From: Felis catus
Lineage: Eukaryota
Direction: 5' to 3'
DNA: 64,000 nucleotides
NCBI RefSeq assembly: GCF_018350175.1
Contig: NC_058368.1
Location: 175,524,001 to 175,588,000, forward strand
This document shows positions 26,609-38,554 of the stretch, one piece after another. Position 1 is the first letter of the stretch. Every line of letters starts with the position of its first letter. The notes beneath the pieces are model-generated. The model saw only the letters and a list, made by a program, of their open reading frames with translations. It did not search any database and was not told where the DNA came from. The position numbers and the translations under genes are program-made.

Positions 26609-27411
26609 TTATGTTTTTAATAGAATTTATGGACAAATTGGTTTCCATACAACACCCAGTGTTCATCCCAACAAGTGCCCTCCCCAATGCCCATCACCCA
26701 CTTTCCCCTCTCCCCCGACCCCCGCAACAACCCTCAGTTTGATCTCAGTATCCAAGGGTCTCTTATGGTTTGCCTCTCTCCCTCTCTGTAACTTCTTTTT
26801 CCCCTTTCCCTCCCCCATGGTCTTCTGTTAAGTTTCTCAGGATCCACAGAAGAGTGAAAACATACAGTATCTGTCTTTCTCTGCCTGACTTATTTCACTT
26901 AGCGTAATACCCTCCAGCTCCATCCGCGTTGCTGCAAATGGCCAGATTTCATTCTTTCTCACTGCCAGGTAGCATTCCATTGTATATATAAACCACATCT
27001 TCTTTATCCATTCGTCAGTTGATGGACATTTAGGCTGTTTCCATAGTTTGGCTATCGTTGAGAGTGCTGCTATGAACATTGGGGTACAAGTGCCCCTATG
27101 CATCAGCACTCCTGTATCCCTTGGGCAAATGCCCAGCAATGCTATTTTTTAAATTTTTGAGGAACCTCCACACTGTTTTCCAGAGCGGCTGCTCCGGTCT
27201 GCATTCCCACCAACAGTGCAAGAGGGTTCCCGTTTCTCCACATCCTCACCAGCATCTACAGTCTCCTGATTTTGTTCATTTTAGCCACTCTGACCGGCGT
27301 GAGGTGGTATTTCAGTGTGGTTTTGATTTGTATTTCCCTGACAAGGAGTGACATTGAGTATCGTTTCATGTGTCTGCTGGCCATCTGGATGTCTTCTTTG
27401 GAAAAATTCTC
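26609..27411 (-). mobile_element. 5'-truncated LINE-1 (ORF2 C-terminus + 3' UTR), same orientation as CPEB4
   Basis: Broken ORFs [36 protein letters not shown] and [39 protein letters not shown] are L1 ORF2 C-terminal motifs. TSD agacctgagttta at 26596-26608 and 27412-27424. Confidence 0.95.
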
Positions 27412-28635
27412 AGACCTGAGTTTAAATGACCACTTACTAGACAAGTGATCTTGATGCCACAGCATCTGTGAACCTTGGTTTCATCAGCAAAATGAAGATA
27501 GTAAATCGCGGTGAGGAAAAAGATAAGGTATCTGAACAGATTGTGCAAAATGCCCGGTCGTTAGTAGATCTATTCAATAAACAGTCTTCCTGCCCCTTCT
27601 CTCTCTAGTGAAATAGCAAAAGAGCCTGAAAGTAATATACTAAATTAGGAATTGTTATATCTGAATAATTCAGCTGCTGTGCTATTTCCTATAGCGCATT
27701 TTCATAGGAAACTGAAATGGAAAAAAATATTTCTCCTACTTAATAAACTACTCAGGGCAAGAAGTCACTAGCTTAAGGAAAATAGGTAAATACTACTAAA
27801 ACTCAACACTAAGGAATGAAGTCATTTAGCCCCTTCTGGCCCTTCTTCTGCCTTTGGAAGCTTACTGCCTATCAGAGTTCCTCTGTTCCATGTCTGCTGG
27901 GCCGGATCAGGTTCTAAGTCAGCAAGGAAAATGGTCACCCAAATGCACAATCTTTATTCCTCAACTGAGGCCCGTGTCCTATAACCCACGACATCTTTTT
28001 TGGGAACCTCGAGAGCAATGTCAAAAAGCAGCCTGTGCCCAGTGTCAGCCTTTCTGGGCCCTCACAATTCCCACCCCCATATCCTTAGCTCCCCAGAGTT
28101 TCCTGAGCAGAAGGTACTTCTGGCCCAGACTGTACACTTCAAGAAGTCTGCTTGCCTTGGTCATGTACTCCCAGTGCGTGGACCATTGAAAGTATCAGAC
28201 ATTTGCAAGAGGTGAATAAATCTGACGCAGTCCAACAAAAGCCCCAAATCGCTAAATTCTTCTTAAAAAACAGAAACAGACAAACAAAAATACACCCCAA
28301 AAGCTCCCAGTCGTGTCCTGTTCTCTCTCCTTTCAGAGATCCTTCTCACAAGTCCACAGAAGCCTGAACCTGGGGAAAGAATAAGGTGGATAGAAGAAAA
28401 CTAGACCACCCTCTCCCAAATTTTCGGTCATCAATTGATACGTTTTGGCATTTTTGTTGGATCTCTCCTTTTTTTTTTTTCCTGATAGCCAAGTGACTAC
28501 CAACACCCTTCTCTGCCCAGAGGGAGGAAATGAAGCCAGCAGTGATTTCCTTGGAGATTAGCACCAGCTTGAGTGGTGAAACAAGCTGAGCAGGTGCAAC
28601 AGAATGTGGGCCTTGCTTCAGTTTCTCACTATCTT

Positions 28636-28856
28636 TTCTTTTCTTTTTTTTTAAGTTTATTTATTTTTGACAGAGAGAGAGGCAGAGAATGAGCAGGGGA
28701 GAGGCAGAGAGAGATGGAGACACAGACTCCGAAGCAGGCTCCAGGCTCCGAGCTTGTCAGCCCAGAGCCTGACGCGGGGGCTTGAACCCACAGACCGCGA
28801 GATCATGACCTGAGCTGAAGTCAGATGCTCAACCGACTGAGCCACCCAGGCGCCCC
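28636..28856 (-). mobile_element. Can-SINE
   Basis: Full length; TSD tctcactatctt. Confidence 0.95.
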
Positions 28857-28889
28857 TCTCACTATCTTGGCTTAAAAACACCCATGAAA

Positions 28890-28925
28890 TGTTGTTGTTG
28901 TTGTTGTTGTTGCTGCTGTTGTTGT
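28890..28925 (+). repeat. (TTG)n trinucleotide repeat followed by a G run
   Basis: tgttgttgttgttgttgttgttgctgctgttgttgt. Confidence 0.9.
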
Positions 28926-29033
28926 GGTGGGGGGGGGGGGAGCAAACTCCTAATCTTTTAGAGACACATACTAAAGCATTTACAGTGAAAATGATACACT
29001 ATCTGGAAACTGCTTTAAAATAACATGAAAAGT

Positions 29034-29189
29034 GGGGCGCCTGGATGGCTCAGTCGGTTAAGCATCAACTTCGGCTCAGGTCATGATCTCACAGTTTGTG
29101 AGTTCGAGCCCCGCGTCAGGCTCTGTGCTGACAGTTCAGAGCCCAGAGCCTGCTTCAGATTCTGTGTCTCCCTCTCTCTCTGCCCTTCC

Positions 29190-29225
<36 letters not shown>

Positions 29226-29270
29226 AATAAATAAATAAATACATAACATTAATTAAAAATAAAATAAAAT
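29034..29270 (+). mobile_element. Can-SINE inserted in an older L1 3'-end remnant (~28940-29420)
   Basis: TSD aaaataacatgaaaa; flanks resemble an ancient L1M 3' UTR (acatggggctctgttatactattttgtctacta...cctaataaaaa). Confidence 0.92.
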
Positions 29271-29565
29271 AAAATAACATGAAAATAACATAAGAAGATA
29301 CAGGAGACTGTTGAGTTGATCATTGTTAAAGCCCGATGACATGTACATGGGGCTCTGTTATACTATTTTGTCTACTATTGAATATGCTTAATATTTTTTT
29401 CCTAATAAAAAATTTAAAAGTCATGAGGGAAAACACTTTGCCAAAATAGAGACCAAAAAAAGTCAATAATTTTTTTAGCAGTGTTCAAGAAAGTGAGAAC
29501 ATCATCTAGCTTTGAATTCCACTATCATTTAAGTACGGTGACTTTCTTTTTAAAAATTATAGTTT

Positions 29566-29778
29566 GGGGCGCCTGGGTGGCTCACTCGGTTAAGCGGCCG
29601 ACTTCGGCTCAGGTCATGATCTCGCGGTCCGTGAGTTCGAGCCCCGCGGTCGGGCTCTGTGCTGAAAGCTCAGAGCCCGGAGCCTGTTTCAGATTCTGTG
29701 TCTCCCTCTCTCTGACCCTCCCCCATTCATGCTCTGTCTTTCTCTGTCTCAAAAATAAATAAACGTTAAAAAAAAAAA
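29566..29778 (+). mobile_element. Can-SINE
   Basis: Full length; TSD aaaaattatagttt. Confidence 0.95.
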
Positions 29779-29900
29779 TTATAGTTTGGGTTATGAAAGT
29801 CTTCTTTAAAATTAAGCTCAAATTACCAGACACAAGTTATACAATGGTTTTCATATTTTAAGAAGACATGCTAATTGAAAGATTTTGAATCAATATTTCT

Positions 29901-30121
29901 TTTTTTTTTAATTTATTTTAATGTTTATTTATTTTTGAGACAGAGAGAGACAGAGCACGAATGGGGGGAGGGTCAGAGAGAGGGAGACACAGAATCTGAA
30001 ACAGGCTCCAGGCTCTGAGCTGTCAGCACAGAGCCCGACGCGGGGCTCGAACTCATGGACCGCGAGATCATGACCTGAGCTGAAGTCGGCCGCCCAACCG
30101 ACTGAGCCACCCAGGCGCCCC
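29901..30121 (-). mobile_element. Can-SINE
   Basis: Full length; TSD ttgaatcaatatttct. Confidence 0.95.
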
Positions 30122-30596
30122 ATTGAATCAATATTTCTATGTGATCACCCGTCAAAGCAAATGAGAAAATGAAGGATCAGGAAGGTTGAGTAGCTTGCCC
30201 TAGGTCGTACAGTAAGTGGCAGAGCCATATTGGGAACCCAGCTCTGACTTCCATACTATAATTAGGAGATTCTTCTGAATAGCAACATTCTTAAGTTGAC
30301 TTTTATTTTAAAGGTTCTTACAGATGTAAAATAACAACAGCTATTTTACTGATGAGCACTCAGATGAGTTCCTCAAAAACCCCTGGAAGAACTACTATTA
30401 AAAGTATGTTACATAATATTTAAATATAAATATGGCTTTAAAATGTATAATACTGAGGGATTAACTACAATGTAGTTCAGATCTATAAAAAAAATGATTG
30501 GGCTATTTCTGGTAAATGTTCAGCAAACAGAAATTGCCCAATCTAAATACTCTAAAATATGAAAAGTACTGGCATGGCTTAAGACTTTGAACTTTT

Positions 30597-30813
30597 GGGG
30601 CGCCTGGGTGGCTCAGTAGGTAAAGTGTCCGACTTCAGCTCAGGTCACGATCTCATGGTCTGTGAGTTCGAGCCCCGCGTCGGGCTCTGGGCTGATGGCT
30701 CAGAGCCTGGAGCCTGCTTCTGATTCTGTGTCTCCCCCTCTCTCTGCCCCTCCCCTGTTCATGCTCTGTCTCTCTCTGTCTCAAAAATAAATAAACGTTA
30801 AAAAAAAAAAAAA
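30597..30813 (+). mobile_element. Can-SINE
   Basis: Full length; TSD aagactttgaactttt. Confidence 0.95.
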
Positions 30814-31096
30814 AAGACTTTGAACTTTTATTAATTCAGTTTGCAAACATGAGAGAGGACCTGTAAGTGGCTGATGGAGTTTTCTCCTTTACGTGTCATA
30901 AGGCCTGAATTCTGTTAACCATAGGTTAAAGTTTGCCATTTTGCCACAGAACTTAAATAAGCACATGTTGCACCCAAGCATATGTTTATAAATGTGACCA
31001 TTAATAAAATATTTGAAAATACCATTAACACATTGCTTTTGTTATAGCTAAAGGTGGATCTCTTAATTTGCCTTAAAGTTCAAAACAGCTCATGGA

Positions 31097-31247
31097 GGGG
31101 TGCCTGGGTGGCTCAGTCGGTTAAGCGTCCAACTTCAGCTCAGGTCATGATCTCCTGGCTCTTGAGTTACAGCCCTGCGTTGGGCTTTATGATGACAGCT
31201 CAGAGCCTGGAGCTTGCTTCAGATTCAGTGTCTCTGTCTCTCTCTGC

Positions 31248-31327
<80 letters not shown>

Positions 31328-31345
31328 AAACATTTAAAAAAATTA
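31097..31345 (+). mobile_element. Can-SINE with expanded (CT)n microsatellite
   Basis: TSD aaaacagctcatgga; long (CT)n at ~31254-31323. Confidence 0.95.
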
Positions 31346-34300
31346 AAACAGCTCATGGATTAAAATGACCTGAAACTATCAATTGCCAATTTTATTTATA
31401 ATGAGATAAAAAAAAAAAAAAGTATGTTTAGTATCATTCAGGGACTAGCACAGATCAGAAATAAATTATAAATCAAACCAAAACAACTTTTATGAGACAT
31501 CTAGTCTTGCCCCTGGTCGATAACATAGGAAGTGCTCATTAAATATGTGCTAAATAAATTAAAATATACAAAACAAAACTGAATTCCAGAATAAAAGCTA
31601 AAATATACCCAATTCAAATCCCTGGTACCTTTTCCTATCTCTTACCAAAAAAAATCACAAATTCTCCTTTGAAACAGTCTCCTTTAATGTATACAAAGGC
31701 AATGAAATGTTCTAAATTGCTCAAAATAACTACAGGTAAAATTTTTCAAAGTACTGATACAGTCTGCCAATCCTAATGAAACTTTAAGCATATACACAAT
31801 TATAAAACTTCTCAAGAAAATTGATAATTCTGCTAAATGTTTTATCTGTCCTGGATTGCATCTAGCTCATTCAAAAGGAGTAAAATGTAAATAAAATATA
31901 TAGCATGAGAGAGGTGGTACAAAGGACTGTTAAAAATCTTTCGTAGACACCATAATTGTAAGTAATTTCATTGTTTTGCTAAGAACCAGAGCCTGTGCTT
32001 CACTCTACTTCGTGTTTGTTTGGCGTCATAAAATAGGCTTTCTTGATAATTTTTCAAGTTTCACCTTCAAAAACTGATTAAAAAGAGGACTGTACCTTTA
32101 TCTTTCTAGCTACTAAGAATTTTCTGAAACCCTGAAAGTGGAACCCCTTCTGTTTCAATAATATAAAATGTGGTGAGAACCTATACTAATTTTGAAGTTA
32201 AAAAATTACACATCGCTATCAATTTATCACGGTGAAAACATACTTTAATTTCTGCAAGAGCAATTTTCTCTGAACAATTAAATATAAAATGAGTCTGTCA
32301 GGAAATATTAAAATGAATGCTCATGTTATGGGCTCCCTGCCTTAATTCTATACATTATCTTATCTGTGCTGGGACCAAAAACTGAAGTACAATGTAGTGT
32401 TGAAAATATGTGATAATGGATCTTCAAGCTTATTTTCCTTACAGTAAGATAAAGTTCTTAAAAAAATAAACACGGGCTGTTAAATTTAAACTAGGCATAT
32501 GTTAACTTTAAGACTACTTTTCCATTCTTTCTCATGAACACCAACAAGAATTATTCTCAAAAGCGTAAACCCACGAACTAAGAGCATCTTTCTAGTTGCA
32601 GCTAGCAACAACCAAGTTCATGAGGCTTGCTATAAACAGGTTTTTCCTGAAAGACATAGAACAATGTGTTGATCACACTCCATGGCTTCTGTGAAGGCAA
32701 CAAAAAATAATAATAAAAAAAAAAAACCACTCTACCCTGCCCAAGTTTTGATTCCATCAGAAAAGCAATTAAACCTAGTTGAAAGGTTTTCTACAAAAAG
32801 GCACAAACTTGTATCTGGTAGGCTTTTTCCAAAGTTGTTCCAATATCTCAATTCTGCTGGAGCGAAAACAATCCAACCCATACTTTATAGTTTAAAAAAT
32901 GAATTTTCCTTCTTCTAATATGAAGAAATACAAAGTAATAGAAAATGTTTCCTATACAAAGATTCCCTCCCAGGACGCTATTAAAAAAACCAAAACTGTA
33001 ATGAGGTTGCACTTAGACAACTGCAATAATTCACCATGACTTTCAGAAGTGAAGCAATGCAGTAACTTTCTGTTTTCAAATATAAGATGCCATATATCAT
33101 TTTAAGGATCAATAAACTTACAACACAAGCAGAGTTATTAAAGTGACATGAGTTATTTGCCTGGTTAAGACAAATCCATGGTGACTGTGTCTTAAGTAAA
33201 AGCAAATGGGCTCTAAATCCCAAAATGTCTCCCTATCAAGTTTTAGGATGGTCTTTAGGAAAGATTTTGCCCACCCCCCCCTTTTTATTAATTAATTAAT
33301 TTATTTATTTATTTATTGTCTATTTGCTGGTATTTGGCTAATGGAGGTGTGAGTATAACTGAGCTGAAGATAGAGAGTATCAGAATATATACTATACAAT
33401 TCTCCTTTACTTTCCTGTAAGGACAGAAAATAGGCACCTCTCCAAAGAAGTGCTGTATTCAAATATAATTATTGGCAAGTGCCCCAATATATTATTTGGT
33501 TTGGACATTGAAATTCCAGGATGTGTTTGGCAGGACAAGGAATTTTTTTTTTTTCCTCCTTAATGTAAGAGTCAAATCATGCCTTTAATCACATGAATAT
33601 GGACCTTGTTTCTTCATTTTCAAATTGGGACAATAAAACCAAACCTCATAGGATTGAGAAGTCCTATGCCAGTGCCTGACATATAGTACGTACTAAAAAT
33701 AAACAAAAAAAAATTGACTTGAATATTATCTAAGCTTAACATTTTAAAGTTGAGAAGTATATTCTATTATTTTATATTATTTTCCACTTTCGAAACTTAC
33801 ATCTTTTGATTAGCATGTACCAACCATTCAAACTATAAAATTTTTCCTCTCATCTTACTTGCTTCTAGGAGGCACTCTCCCCCAAAACCCGTATTATGTT
33901 TATGTCAAGAGGCACTGTAGTATACTGGTTAAAAGCCAAATCTTGTGTCTGAAAAGTAACAATAACTTCTACCCCATAGGATTGTTGAATGAATTAAATG
34001 AGTTAATATATGTAAAACTGAATACCATAAGCATGTTAGCTATTATTATATTAATTACCTAATATATATAATTATATTAGGTATATATAATTATATACAT
34101 TAGTGGTATCTGAAAACAGGATTTGAGGCATGTCATTTGAGTTCGTATTAATTAAAGCTTTAAACTAAGCAAAAACAAAACAAAAAACTAGAAAAAGACC
34201 TTATTTTTTGTAATACAAAAAATATTCACAAAATACAATGCCTTGCCATATCAGTTATTTAGAGGATTATTCACATATTTGAAATCTCTGTTCTTGCTTC

Positions 34301-34994
34301 GCAAACATGGATAAAAGAGAATGTTAAGGCTGGACAAAAAAACTAACTGAAGACGTTACCCTCAATTTCAATTCACTGTACGTACTCAAACCTGCACTAA
34401 ACAAATGTGAAAAACATTCTGATTTATTTCAAGTTAAAACAAACATTGCCTGGTGTTAGTTACGTATCAGGTGAATTCTTTCCTTTCAATGTAACAATAC
34501 CATGCTGGCCTTTGATTGAACACTAACATTATAATATGGCCATGTAAGCTGGATCCTGTAACTTCTGTGGTGCGTTTCCAGATCTCTACACAACACGTTA
34601 GGAATTCTTGACAATAGCCATTGAAACTGAATTACTAATATCTATAAAATTTCTTTCCTAAAATTAATAGCTTTTAGGGTAATAAATTCAAAAATGGCAG
34701 CGGTTAGGAAAGAGTGTGGTTGTGGTCGCAGCAATTGCAATTTCACAGTAGCTCACTTCAGGATCATAAGGAACTTAGGCATCACCTCCATCATCCCCCG
34801 CATTTTATGGAGAAACCGAGATCCCCAAATGCTATGATATTGATAGGGCCAAGACCATAACCTAGGTCTCCAGGCTCCCAGTCAAATAAGTGTTTCTTTG
34901 AGTTTTTCATATTAAATTTAACCAAGTAATCCATACCAACCCAAAATGGCATTTTTTCTTTTTTGCCAAAAATCAATTCAAAAGAGTAATTGTT

Positions 34995-34997
<3 letters not shown>

Positions 34998-35042
<45 letters not shown>
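34998..35042 (+). repeat. (CA)n microsatellite
   Basis: Uninterrupted CA run of about 22 units. Confidence 0.97.
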
Positions 35043-35045
<3 letters not shown>

Positions 35046-35897
35046 CTAGATTCATTTAAGTAAGCACTACAGTAGTCAGTTTACTAACTTCGTGTGATTT
35101 TTTTCAAAACCCAATTAGGATTTTTTAAAATCCCTTGTTTCTATTGTGACTTTCAAATCACCACCACACTTGCTCTTGGCTCCCTGAACCCCACTCCCTT
35201 TCCTAAAAATGGTGGGGACGGTGAGCAGTAATCAACAATCTACTTTCTAATCCTACCATATTTGAGCCAAGTATATTGACTCATCCTTTTTCCCATCCTC
35301 AGCATAATAGACAACAATCCTAAGGGAAGAGTTAGTTTCCTAGTTAGTTAGTTTTAGGATCAATCTTAGTCTATTCTATTATTATTTCATATACACCTCC
35401 AACTGAACCGAAAGATTTCACGTTAAACACATTCCATTAGCCCCCCCAAAATACTAATAATGTGCATATATATAGTTTATTCATTTTCCGAATTTTTTAT
35501 TTTTCCCAAAGCAAATCTTGATCAAAAATCAGTAAACTGAGAACAGAAAATAAAGCATGAGGTCACATAAGTTCATTCTGTCACAGTATAGTAGTAAAAT
35601 AAAGTGTATTCAGTTCTGAACCAATCTTAATCAGTTGAAATGTACAGAATGCCATCTCAGATCTAAAAATTAGCAACATACGAATAATTCATAATAGTCA
35701 CCTTTGCACTACATTTTCTTTAAATTTATGTTCCAGAGAGTACTAAAAGCAACTTTTTTAAAAACAGACTTCATGAAATTGCCAATATCTAAAAGAGCCT
35801 TTTTTTTTACCTAACCACTAACACAAGATAACTGCTCTTCAGTTTTGAGTAAAGAATCCTTTATAAAAGCAAAAGCCAACAGCTTTTTGATACTTAG

Positions 35898-35899
<2 letters not shown>

Positions 35900-35930
<31 letters not shown>
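35900..35930 (+). repeat. Poly(A) run (about 31 nt; poly-U in the CPEB4 pre-mRNA)
   Basis: Read directly. Confidence 0.95.
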
Positions 35931-35934
<4 letters not shown>

Positions 35935-36289
35935 AAAACTCTAAAATAAACTTAATGGAATATTTTAAGATACATCCTAACTGTTACACCTGAATCCTTC
36001 AGGGAAGGGACATTTAATTCCTTGGAATGACACAGGATTCTCTTAGCAAACTTCCCCTCCCACTAAGCAAATGATTAATCAAAACAGATAATTCTGCTTG
36101 TGCTGACATCATATTTGGGGACATTGCAACTATTTTGTAATCTGCTTTAGCCCTTGCAGAAAACGTCTCTACAATAACCCTCTATCTGTGGTGCATGCAT
36201 GTGTATACACACACACACAATGTACATACACACATATGTACATACACAGGTATACAGACATGTATTTTAATCCTTGTTTTTTTAACCTA

Positions 36290-36410
36290 GAATTGGCACT
36301 CGAATCAGCTGTGTGCTTTTGCACAAGTTATATCTTTCTGATACTCAATTTCTTCCTCTGCAAAATGGGGATAACAATAGAACTTACCTTGCGGGGTCAC
36401 TGTGAGGCCT
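36290..36410 (+). mobile_element. MIR remnant
   Basis: gctgtgtgcttttgcacaagttatatctttctgatactcaatttcttcctctgcaaaatggggataacaatagaacttacc. Confidence 0.75.
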
Positions 36411-37429
36411 GACTCAGTGTTAGCTTATCATCCCATATAAATTTCCTAAACACATATAAACAATCATACCCCCGAAGTGTACAAACTTAGTGGGGCATCT
36501 GATGCTCAATTAACTACGAAATTCCCTTTATGTCGTATCTGTCAACCAGACCGGCTGCTCATTAATTCAAAAACATCAAACAATGTGACTCTTACAGAGT
36601 AAAGATACACTGGTGGCCAGAAAGACAAGTGATCTTTGCCTGGATCTATTTTTAGGAACGGTTTATCTACACCCCTAGTGTTAACACTGGAAAATAAACA
36701 CATGGATGAAAGGCATCATGAAAGAGTCACTCTGAGATCAACAGTTTCATGGTATTTGAAAATAAATGGGGATGAAGAAAACATTTAGATCATTTCTGTA
36801 CCAGTCCTTACTGAACAGGGCAGGCCGGAATTTGCAAAGGGGTTTAAGAGGAATTGCTGAATTGATGAATTCAGACTGTTCACACTGCAAGGTTCAGAGA
36901 GGTTCCAGGTTTAAAATGTAACCAGGGAGAAAACTATAATTCAATAGTTGGTTCTCACTGAATCACTACCCTACACTACAGTGGAGGAAAAACATGAATT
37001 CTGTCGTCTAGTTACTTCATGTGGGCAGAAAATGATCATCAGTTTCCACAGTGAAATATACTTGTGTCTCTACATTATTTATTCCCACCTAAAAAAGTAG
37101 GGAAAAAACCAACCCTGCTGATCCTGTCAGGCTAGAAAGGTATTACAGTTAATAATTCTGACATCATTAGCTATCTGGTATTCAGAAGTACGCCAATTCA
37201 TACTATTATCTATGGGGGAGATTACAATTAGAAATTTCCCAAAGAAACCGCTGAATATCTTGTTCCGAATTATACTCCTGTCCCGCCAAAATAACGTCTG
37301 GTAATTAACTCATTTTCTCAGAAGAGTTCTGATACGCGCATGAACAATTCAAACTCTCTTTAGTTAAACCGATACTACACCATACAATTTCCTTATTCAT
37401 CTTAATCTATAAATGGAACATAATCTTAC

Positions 37430-38554
37430 CGGAAAAGGAAAAATGTTGTCAGCCCTGTTCAAGCTATCTTCCATCCAGGATTTAGGAGCAAAGGCAGAGC
37501 TGGGGCGAGCGTACTTCTGCAGCTGAATATGATTGCTTGCGAAATTTTTCTTCAAAGGCGAGATGGAGTTCAGGGGCGTTATTCCTCCATTCAGCCCTCT
37601 GCGGTGATCTCGGCCTTGGGAACCTCCCCAGCCACCGTATCCACCACCTCCCGGGCTCCACGAAGAAGATGGTGTAGGAGAGGGGCTCTGGTAGCTGCTC
37701 CACGGCGAGGGGGGTTTGTTAAGATTATTCGCCAAATGAGGCAGCTGGTTAAAAGCAGCATTTCTATGCGTGAAAGGCGGGGGATGGGGACTGGCGGGAG
37801 ACCTCCTCTGCTGCTGATGCTGGCTGTGATGATGCTGGAAATGAGGGTGATGAGGGTGGTGCTGTGACAGAGGCCCGATCTGAGGGGAGAAGCTGCCTCC
37901 AAAGCCAGGGCTGACGTGATGGGGGAAATTCTGAAACAACAGAGCACCGTTATTGGCCGAAGCAGCCGGGACCCCTCCCTGGTGAAAGAAACTTGCATCT
38001 TCATTGATGATTGTAGAGGAAGAAGGTGCTATCGCGGCCGACCAGTTACTGAAACCAGTAAGAGACGATGCGCTAGACGTCAAGGGTTGGGTCGACGTCC
38101 CCAGCCCCGTGGCTTCTTGATAATCAAACCCTGTCAACACTGGCGATTCGATTCTTATTTTCTCCTTCCCGTTGCCGTTTTCCGAAGAATTGTCCCCTGG
38201 ATTTTCTTCCGACTTGGTCTTCTCGGTTTCAGGCAGTATTCCGGCTTCCTGACCTGGACTGGGGGAGAGCTGCTGCTTTTCTAAAGGGTCTTGCTGTTCC
38301 TGTGGCTGACTTTTTGCTTTTTCTGACCCCAGGATCTCATCCTGAATGTTATGGGTGGCTGGAGCCGGGAAGAGCCAAGCTGACCCCGCACTGCTGCCAT
38401 TGGCAGCTGTGTTATTATTTATAAAAGCAGCGGGGCTGGGGGTGGCATTTTGGTGATGGTGTGGAGGCTGCAGATGTGGATGGAATCTGACTGGAAAAGC
38501 AGATTTATTCCCAGTATTGCTTTGCACTAGCACTCCAAACCCGTAATCCCCCAT
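37430..38554 (-). CDS. CPEB4: CPEB4 coding exon 1 (aa 1-375, intrinsically disordered/low-complexity N-terminal domain)
   Basis: Translation MGDYGFGVLVQSNTGNKSAFPVRFHPHLQPPHHHQ...WMEDSLNRADNIFPFP is recognisable as the CPEB4 N-terminus. The exon ends at the donor CCG|gtaaga (GT at 37429-37428), giving 1125 nt, phase 0. The last 10 aa of the ORF-track entry (VRLCSIYRLR) are intronic read-through. Confidence 0.98.

Larger units (their letters stand above)
17994..37429 (-). other. CPEB4: CPEB4 intron 1 (19,436 bp, GT-AG, phase 0)
   Basis: Bounded by the exon 1 donor gtaaga and the exon 2 acceptor tttgcag. Confidence 0.93.

Noticed and set aside
37397..37429. ORF-track extension of CPEB4 to 385 aa as the normal protein
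   Set aside because: A canonical donor at 37430/37429 joins in frame to exon 2; the extra 10 codons are intronic.
37482..38284. Alternative-frame and antisense ORFs overlapping exon 1 (137, 122, 112 and 73 aa)
   Set aside because: Expected by-products of a GC-rich coding exon, with no recognisable domain. The ATG-initiated 137-aa frame would need Ribo-seq or peptide evidence.
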